A stretch of DNA of 32,000 bases from Pirellula staleyi DSM 6068 (lineage in GTDB: Bacteria > Planctomycetota > Planctomycetia > Pirellulales > Pirellulaceae), in NCBI GenBank assembly GCA_000025185.1, contig CP001848.1:1260001-1292000 (forward strand), in the 5' to 3' direction. The notes below the pieces were generated by a model that saw nothing but the letters and a program-made list of their open reading frames with translations, made no database searches and was not told the DNA's origin. The position numbers and the translations under genes were made by a program. Below are positions 23,238 to 32,000 of the stretch, one piece after another (the stretch's first letter is position 1; each line of letters begins with the position of its first letter).

Positions 23238-23277
23238 CTTTAAACGCATAAATTGTTTCAAATCAGGATGCATGATC

Positions 23278-23316
23278 GGGTCTCAGTAGCAAAACAATCA
23301 CTTGAGACCCTTTTGT
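23278..23316 (+). terminator. hairpin plus T tract downstream of the DUF721 gene
   Basis: GGGTCTCA-(17 nt)-TGAGACCC is followed by TTTTGTGG. The loop is long for an intrinsic terminator. Confidence 0.35.
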
Positions 23317-23334
23317 GGTTGGATATGTTCATAA

Positions 23335-25842
<2,508 letters not shown>

Positions 25843-25887
25843 CGCGCCGCTGTGCAATCCGTAGCACGCTTACCCGAAAATCCTCTG

Positions 25888-25922
25888 AGCCTGTCCGACA
25901 AACCATCGGGCAGGCTTTTTTT
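25888..25922 (+). terminator. intrinsic terminator of gyrB (possibly bidirectional)
   Basis: AGCCTGTCCGA-CAAACCA-TCGGGCAGGCT forms an 11-bp stem with one G.U, followed by TTTTTTT. The T tract runs into the TAA stop (25921-25923) of the convergent gene. Confidence 0.78.
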
Positions 25923-27228
25923 ACGGGCTATGCGCCAAGAACCACGACCCGCCGACGTTCTCGAAATGGAAGTCGCTGTCGTACCACTTCTTGCCAAAGT
26001 TCATGCGGAGAACATAAGTGGCTTGATTACCATTCACTGTCGACTTCACGACCTCATAAGGTGGTAGTTTTTTGAGACCCGGGACTAATAAAGCCAGCCC
26101 AGCACTGTTGTGAAACATGCTGTATTGAATCAACCCCTCGGGATCGCGCAATTGTTTGCCCAAGTTGCGAAGTCCACCCGCAAAGTTGTTGGAGTCGTGA
26201 GCTTTATTGATCATCGGCACAATTTGATCGGCATTGAGTTGCATGAACACCTTGGAAGACTTCAGCCAAGTATCCGTGGGATGGATACTCGTGGGATCGC
26301 AGATATCGAAGGCAGCGAGCCCCGCCTTCTCCTCTTTGGCCAGCGGGGTGAGGCAGGCGATAAAGGCGTCGGCATTAAACGTCGTCCGGGCATTGTTCAT
26401 GGCGGCGATCACCTCTTCCGGCGACGCGAAGGTCCGCTGGATGGAACCTCGATCGGAGAGTGGATGCTGGGGATCGCTATCGATCATCCAGGTGCCACCG
26501 ATTTTCGAGAAGTAGATCGGAAATCCCTTGCCGGTTTTCAAGGAATAACGTTCAGCCGCTGCAAAATCTCCCTCCACGCGAAAATTGCGGATGTCGGAAG
26601 TCGTTTTCACTTCTGCCCCGGGAGCAAGCTGTTGAAGCAGGTTCTTGTTCATGACATCGAGATCGACCAAGAATTGCTTGGGCTGAGCAATCCGCCGGCC
26701 AATGGTGACGAGAAAGCGCATCCGCTGCATGTCACCTTCCATCATCGTTAGACCCATGAAGACTTTTTGTGCATCATCGAGGTAGATAGAGTGGCGTGCA
26801 AGAATCTCAGAAATCGTCGCTTGGGAACGAGGTAGTAACTTGGTCACCCCCTGCATCGCAAACGCAATCATTCCCGTTTCATACTCGAGTCCGGTGGTGG
26901 TGAAGCAGCTCATATAGCTGTCGAAGTTGGCGTCGCGCGTGGCCTCGAGTGAAGCGGCATACACAGCTTCGGGCGACTCGAACAACGGTGGCTGCGGCAT
27001 GACGGCCGGTGATGGTCGATAGACCCACGGCAAACCGGCTCCGCTCGCCACAGGTGCCGGGGGTGGTGGAGGAGCATTTGGCGCAACAAATCCTGGCGGC
27101 GGTGGCGGCGCCGTATAGCCGGCTGATTGGGCCGGAGAAGTAGCGACGGGGGACCCCGAAGGTCCACAGCCCAGCACAATCGCAGTTGCTATAAATACGA
27201 TGGCTGGCACGGAAATTCGGTGCTTCAT
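25921..27228 (-). CDS. lipoprotein of unknown function with a Pro-rich linker and two copies of a roughly 170-aa module
   Basis: ATG 27228 gives MKHRISVPAIVFIATAIVLGCG (lipobox LGC). The modules start FESPEAVYAASLEATRDANFDSYMSCFT and FASPEEVIAAMNNARTTFNADAFIACLT. They end PIYFSKIGGTWMID and FHFENVGGSWFLA. Confidence 0.7.
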   Translation of the reverse strand: MKHRISVPAIVFIATAIVLGCGPSGSPVATSPAQSAGYTAPPPPPGFVAPNAPPPPPAPVASGAGLPWVYRPSPAVMPQPPLFESPEAVYAASLEATRDANFDSYMSCFTTTGLEYETGMIAFAMQGVTKLLPRSQATISEILARHSIYLDDAQKVFMGLTMMEGDMQRMRFLVTIGRRIAQPKQFLVDLDVMNKNLLQQLAPGAEVKTTSDIRNFRVEGDFAAAERYSLKTGKGFPIYFSKIGGTWMIDSDPQHPLSDRGSIQRTFASPEEVIAAMNNARTTFNADAFIACLTPLAKEEKAGLAAFDICDPTSIHPTDTWLKSSKVFMQLNADQIVPMINKAHDSNNFAGGLRNLGKQLRDPEGLIQYSMFHNSAGLALLVPGLKKLPPYEVVKSTVNGNQATYVLRMNFGKKWYDSDFHFENVGGSWFLAHSP

Positions 27229-27307
27229 CGACAAGCGTCCCGCAAGTTCATCGAAGGGTTAAGCGAGCTTCTCAAGGAGGAGATCACTCGCTGAGCAATC
27301 GCAGTCG

Positions 27308-29437
27308 CTACTCTTTGAGCAAAAACGCGCGAATATCATCCATTTTGTCACGTGGAATCTCATGCCCACCTTCAAACTTGATGACTTCAACAGGAAAGGC
27401 TTTCATTTTGAGATTTGTAATGAGCGTGTCTACTTTCGCCTCGTCAACCACAGCATCCTCAGTCCCCTGCACAAACAAAATGGGGAGATGGGGAGTAAAT
27501 GGTGAGGGTTCTCGTTCGAGCAAGGGAGGTGCCGAGAAAATCACCACGCGATCAAAATAGGGCTGAACCGAGCTACAAAGCACATTCAAAGCAATCGTTC
27601 CACCCTGAGAGAATCCGCCTAACGCAACCTGCTTTTGGGGATATTTTATTTTGAGCTCGCTGGCGATTCTTTTGAAGTCCATTACTGTGTTGCGAAAGCG
27701 TCTTTCAACTGCTTCCTCGTCATCTCCCACATAGCTATATCGTCCCTCACCAAGCTTAAACCGACCTTGTGGTAGGACGACGGCAATGGACTTGTCTGCG
27801 GCAATCAACTCGGCAACTTCTGCTAGGTCCTCTTTGTTCGCTCCTAAACCATGTAGCAGCAAGAAGATGACATCTGCTTCTTCCAGGGGTTTTCCCAGGA
27901 AATTGAGATCGTACCCCCGCCAGGTGAGATAAGGACCTTCATCCATAGGCTCAGACGTTTCACCTTCTGCGCGGTGAGAAGGGTCAAAGGAGACCTGCCA
28001 GCCGTCCTCTGATTTCCGACAATATACTTCCATGCCATACTCGTCGGGAATTCCTGGGGCGAAGTTGATATGGAGCGTAGCTCGATCATCTTGCAACGTA
28101 ACTGCCTCGATTTTTGGTTCTGGTGATTGCTCAATATAGTATTGCCCCTCTTGATCCTTTTGCCCAAGAACAGAGCGGAGCCGCTTGATGAAAGTGATTG
28201 GATCTTTGATCGACTTTCCGAGTTTTACTGTTGCGTCGTAGAAAGGCTGTTTAGTTGGGTCGCCAATTGCACTAATCATTGATGCTACAATCTCGATCGA
28301 TAGTCCAGCCTCACGTGCTGCAGCCAATAGTTCTTTCTTTTGGTCATCAGTCGCCGCAGGAAGCATCAATGCTTGTTGAAGTTGCATCGCTGCTCGGCCG
28401 ATTTCAAAATATCTACCTTCCTGCGTGGCGCAGGCTAAACCAGAACTGGCGTCGTTCTCATAAGCGCCTGCCTTCAGCGCGCGATATGCCTTTTCTGGAC
28501 GGTCAAAGTAGCGTGGTGTTAGCTCTAGCGGTGGTTGGACGGTTGCCCCTTCCAACGGAGATGCACCTATTGGGTAGCCATCGATGAGCCATCGCCTGTC
28601 GCGCTTCACGAAGTATATCGGTGTCAGTGGCTTTTGTAGAAAGCCATTGACTTGAAAGTATCCATGAGCTTGCTCCCCTTGGATAGCGATGTCGAGCAGC
28701 ACATAGTCGTTTGTTGGGTTACGAGAATCGCCTTCTTTTTCTAGCTGCTTTCGCATTTCCCTGAGAAAAGTCTGATACGTCGTCGTCCAATCCTTGAGAT
28801 ACTTTGATGGGTCGGCAATCTTGGAACCAAGTTGCTGTGTCACCTGTTGCATCGAAGGTTTTGACTCAGCTTCACTTACGATCTGCTGGGATTGCTGGAT
28901 AACAGCAAGTATCTGGTGCTGTTCGACAAATTCCACAAACGGTGCTCGAAAAGGTGGTGGCAGTTGCTCTGAAAATCCCGAAGCGACCAGCATGGTGGCT
29001 CCAACCTCATGATCGAGCCCCTCCTTGGTAAAGCAACTGATCAAGGACTCAACGTCTCCGCCATTACGGGCCAACTCGGCTAGGTTGAAAGTGCTTTCGG
29101 GAGAATCGAAAGATTGCTTATCAGGATTATCAGTTGGCGTAGATGAAGGTTTTTCGACCGGCAATTGCTCCGAGGGGCTGGTAGGTTCGGAAGTCGCTAA
29201 TTGTTTTTCTTGTGTTGAACTTGGAATTGCAGTTGGCGTAGACGGAGGCGGTGCATCTTGTACCGGTGAAGGAGGAATATCACTAAGGGGTTGTAACGCT
29301 GGTGTGCTGGTGGTGGGAGAGTCGGAACCGCAACCAGCGAAGAGCGATAAAGCGAATACATAGATCGCTGGAAAAAATATTCGGGGAAAATTGGTTCCCA
29401 AAAGAGAGCCGCCCAAATGAGAGACAAGTTGTGACAT
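27308..29437 (-). CDS. lipoprotein: Pro/Ser/Thr-rich linker, two copies of the same module, and a C-terminal alpha/beta-hydrolase (phospholipase/carboxylesterase-type) domain
   Basis: The signal ends with the ...ALSLFAGCG lipobox (ATG 29437 or GTG 29452). The modules start FDSPESTFNLAELARNGGDVESLISCFT and FDRPEKAYRALKAGAYENDASSGLACAT. The esterase part has LLLHGLGAN, the GFSQGG nucleophile elbow, FVQGTEDAVV and GGHEI. Confidence 0.75.
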   Translation of the reverse strand: MSQLVSHLGGSLLGTNFPRIFFPAIYVFALSLFAGCGSDSPTTSTPALQPLSDIPPSPVQDAPPPSTPTAIPSSTQEKQLATSEPTSPSEQLPVEKPSSTPTDNPDKQSFDSPESTFNLAELARNGGDVESLISCFTKEGLDHEVGATMLVASGFSEQLPPPFRAPFVEFVEQHQILAVIQQSQQIVSEAESKPSMQQVTQQLGSKIADPSKYLKDWTTTYQTFLREMRKQLEKEGDSRNPTNDYVLLDIAIQGEQAHGYFQVNGFLQKPLTPIYFVKRDRRWLIDGYPIGASPLEGATVQPPLELTPRYFDRPEKAYRALKAGAYENDASSGLACATQEGRYFEIGRAAMQLQQALMLPAATDDQKKELLAAAREAGLSIEIVASMISAIGDPTKQPFYDATVKLGKSIKDPITFIKRLRSVLGQKDQEGQYYIEQSPEPKIEAVTLQDDRATLHINFAPGIPDEYGMEVYCRKSEDGWQVSFDPSHRAEGETSEPMDEGPYLTWRGYDLNFLGKPLEEADVIFLLLHGLGANKEDLAEVAELIAADKSIAVVLPQGRFKLGEGRYSYVGDDEEAVERRFRNTVMDFKRIASELKIKYPQKQVALGGFSQGGTIALNVLCSSVQPYFDRVVIFSAPPLLEREPSPFTPHLPILFVQGTEDAVVDEAKVDTLITNLKMKAFPVEVIKFEGGHEIPRDKMDDIRAFLLKE

Positions 29438-29633
29438 AGCGAGAAGTCTCACGAGGTCTGCAAAGGGTAGAAAGATAGCTAGAAAGAGGAGTCCGCTATT
29501 GTGGTGATGAGGGGCCTAACTGTCAAACCTTTTCTCGCGATTCGGATTCATCCTCTGACGATCAGTTACGCATCCCCTGCTATGGCGGTTGACATAGTGT
29601 TAATCCCTTTCGCCTTTGGAAACGCAGAAGCTA

Positions 29634-30566
29634 ATGACCACACCGATACAAGTTGTGATTACGGGTGGGAGTGGTTTTTTGGGAGTGTCACTGGCCCGTC
29701 ATTTAAGCGCGAAGGGTTATAAGGTCACGATTGTTTCCCGCTCGCGTCCCAAAGTTGTTGGGAACTGGACCTGGCAAGTGTGGGATGGGCGAACAGTGGG
29801 TGATTGGAAGAGCACCTTATGTGGCGCAGCGGCAGTAGTGAATCTAACAGGTCGATCGGTCGATTGTCGTAAAACTCCCAATCATCAAGATGAGATTATA
29901 AGATCGCGCGTTGAATCAGTTCGCGCGATTGGCCAGGCGCTTCGGGAGGTGGATCAACCCCCTCCGGTTTGGGTTCAAATGAGCACCGCTCATTGCTATG
30001 GCGATCCACCTCAAGTGCGCTGCGATGAGCGCTCGGCCTGGGGGATTGGACTAGCTCCCCTGGTGGCCCAAGCGTGGGAAAGTGCGCTCGCGGAGAACCT
30101 CTTGCCCCAGCAGCGCTGGGTGGCGCTGCGAACCAGTTTTGTGATTGGCCGCGACCTCGGCGCTGGCCATGGAGCGCTGGCCCGATTAATTCCGCTGGTC
30201 CGGTGGGGTCTCGGTGGGACGATCGGCCGGGGGACGCAAGGGATGAGCTGGATTCACTAGCACGACATGAATCGCATTTTCGAGCAGGCGATCGAGAATG
30301 ACGCGATGCGGGGAGCCTATATCGCCTCGAGCCCCCATCCCGTTTCGCAGCGCGAGTTCATGCAGGCGATGCGACGAGCTGTGAAGATGCCGATCGGCTT
30401 ACCAGCGACCGAGTGGATGGTGCGGCTGGGGGCCCGCTGGCTCCTCAACACCGACCCCGATTTGGCCCTTTACGGCCGCTATGTTGTCCCTCGGCGATTG
30501 CTCGACGAGGGGTTTACGTTTGAATATCCCGAGCTGTCGCCAGCCCTCAGCCATCTATTGAAGTAG
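29634..30566 (+). pseudogene. SDR39U1 / YfcH-like epimerase-family gene (TIGR01777-type, DUF1731 C-terminus) interrupted by one in-frame TAG
   Basis: [17 protein letters not shown] is the Rossmann motif. ORFs 29616..30260 and 30267..30566 are in the same frame and are separated only by TAG 30258-30260. The stop falls within the conserved ...[16 protein letters not shown]... segment. The combined length of about 309 aa fits the family. Confidence 0.7.
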
Positions 30567-30593
30567 GTGCCTGGCGATCGAGATATCAAGATA

Positions 30594-31910
30594 TCAAGCA
30601 GTCACTTCGGCGCCGAAGCCGGTTTTGCGGTTGTAGAGTTTTTCTTTGGTAGCCCACAAGCCGGCGGAAGGTGTGGGGATGAAGAAGAATTCTTCGCCAT
30701 CAATCGTGTTGAAACCCTCTTGTAAGGTATCGACAGGATAGCGCTTTAAGGTCTCATTGATATCGGCATAGCCAAAGTTGACTTGAGCCAAATCGTCGGG
30801 ACCCAAATGGCCCGGCGCATAAGTAATGCGGAAGCGACCTTCGCTACTGCCGTGGATCAAGTGGGCAGTGGCGTGGGCGAGATCTTGCATATCAGCGTTT
30901 TGTTTATAGAGCTCGCGGACTTTGGGTGTGCCGCAATAGCCATACTTGCGAATCAGTGCGTCGACATCTTTCTGTTCGCCAAAACGTTTCAGACCGGGCG
31001 CAATGACAACGAGTTCGCCATCGTCGGCCAAGGCCATGCGGGTGCGATAGACACTCTTATTAGCAACCCACGTGCTAAAGAACTCGTCCCCTTGCATCAC
31101 GCAGACGACTTTTTTGAGCGGCTTATCGAGGACCGTAATGTTTTGCTCGCGCGATTGACGTGCGGCGGCGAGATAGGTCTCGAGATCGTCTCCCACGAAC
31201 ACACCGGTGTGGGTGAGGTGGCCGGATGGGTCGCGAGCGAGGGTGACTTGAACGTAGAAGTCGGGCAAGTGGCCGAGGTAGTCTTCTTCGGCTTTGTTGA
31301 AGCACTGACGCACGGGGGTGAGGAGGTTGCCGAGGTTGTTTTCGATACCACAGCTGGCGGCGGCCATGTGTGAGGTGCAGATGAGGTCTTTGCCGGCGAC
31401 GCCGATGAAGTAGTTCTTGTTGTGGTTGGCAAACCCGAGGACTTCGTGCGGCACAACGTGGCCGATGTTGATGATGAGATCCCACTTTTCTTTCATCAGC
31501 ATGCTGTTGAGCCAAATGGGCATCGCCCAATCGGCAGCACCGGCGGTGGTCTCTTCGACGTACTCTGCCGAGAGCTCGCCGACTTTCACACAGCCATCGC
31601 GCCAGTCGTGCGCGTGGATGCGCTCGTTGGGGATGCTGCCGAACATCTGTGCGTTTTGCTCGGGGGTGTGCGGTTCGTGCTGACCGAGCGTCGGGATCAC
31701 GTGCACATCAGCTTCGTCTTTGAAGTGGTTGTAGAACGCCTCGGTGATCCAGCCGCTGCCGGAGTGCATGCGTGTGATATCGGGCGGCAAGAGGAGTACG
31801 CGGCGGGGGCTTTTGCAGATTCGCTCGCGCGCTTCCTGACAAGCACGCTCGACAAGTTCCAGGACACGAGCACGCGAAATCGACGGAGCGGATTCAGTAA
31901 ACCAAGGCAT
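30594..31910 (-). CDS. LarA-like (DUF2088, nickel-pincer-dependent racemase/epimerase family) protein
   Basis: 438 aa. RRVLLLPPDITRMHS matches the LarA DxTR motif, TLGQHEPHTPEQ matches the LarA GxH motif, and IINIGHVVPHEVLGFANHNKNYFIG matches the LarA His/Lys region. The assignment is from memory of the LarA motifs. Confidence 0.65.
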   Translation of the reverse strand: MPWFTESAPSISRARVLELVERACQEARERICKSPRRVLLLPPDITRMHSGSGWITEAFYNHFKDEADVHVIPTLGQHEPHTPEQNAQMFGSIPNERIHAHDWRDGCVKVGELSAEYVEETTAGAADWAMPIWLNSMLMKEKWDLIINIGHVVPHEVLGFANHNKNYFIGVAGKDLICTSHMAAASCGIENNLGNLLTPVRQCFNKAEEDYLGHLPDFYVQVTLARDPSGHLTHTGVFVGDDLETYLAAARQSREQNITVLDKPLKKVVCVMQGDEFFSTWVANKSVYRTRMALADDGELVVIAPGLKRFGEQKDVDALIRKYGYCGTPKVRELYKQNADMQDLAHATAHLIHGSSEGRFRITYAPGHLGPDDLAQVNFGYADINETLKRYPVDTLQEGFNTIDGEEFFFIPTPSAGLWATKEKLYNRKTGFGAEVTA

Positions 31911-32000
31911 GGCGATTGTCTGTTATGAGTGAATAATTAGGAAAGGAATCGTGCAAAGTTGTGTAAAACAGGGTCCTGAATTGCTGCAGAACAGTTCAGG

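Noticed and set aside
30258-30260. Programmed recoding (for example pyrrolysine) at the in-frame TAG of the YfcH-like gene
   Set aside because: No pyl genes or PYLIS-like context are visible, and the lineage is not known for Pyl use. A nonsense mutation or a base-call error is far more likely.
30582-30597. Tandem GATATCAA GATATCAA between the convergent genes
   Set aside because: There are only two 8-bp units, and they overlap the stop codon of the LarA-like gene. This is too short to separate from chance.

Overview
This is a GC-rich bacterial chromosome segment; most genes run about 60% GC by hand counts of single lines. It is almost certainly from a planctomycete, probably Pirellulales-like. 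The evidence is two tandem DUF1559 / H-X9-DG prepilin-like genes, a DUF6807 (PmoA-like) gene, and intergenic repeats whose spurious translations read ...CWTSQQCHP.... The window covers the replication-initiation neighbourhood: dnaA, a 478-bp spacer, dnaN, a DUF721 (DciA-like) gene, then gyrB. To the left are housekeeping genes (yggS-yggU, greA, queC, a cysteine desulfurase, a TlpA-like redoxin, a sterol-desaturase-family gene) and a metalloregulator neighbourhood (ArsR/SmtB, Fur family, an F420-reductase-like gene, a His-rich IT-superfamily transporter). To the right of the gyrB terminator is a lower-GC block with two adjacent lipoprotein genes built from the same repeated module, one of them ending in an esterase domain. 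That is followed by an SDR39U1/YfcH-like gene broken by one in-frame TAG, and a LarA-like gene. I support about 27 CDS and one pseudogene. I recognised no rRNA, tRNA or CRISPR array. The strongest signals not explained by genes are: (1) a family of REP/MITE-like elements sharing a perfect 23-nt hairpin core (4 perfect copies plus degenerate ones), with inverted-repeat arms, 19-bp flanking direct duplications at two loci, and arms that carry the TAG stop codons of three genes; (2) the dnaA-dnaN spacer with four GCTAGC palindromes, DnaA-box-like sites and an AT-rich end, next to a DnaA that lacks N-terminal domains I/II; (3) the low-GC lipoprotein block; (4) an intrinsic terminator inside the greA leader. 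All product calls come from motif recognition by eye and memory. No database search, folding or statistics were run, and start codons are chosen by context.
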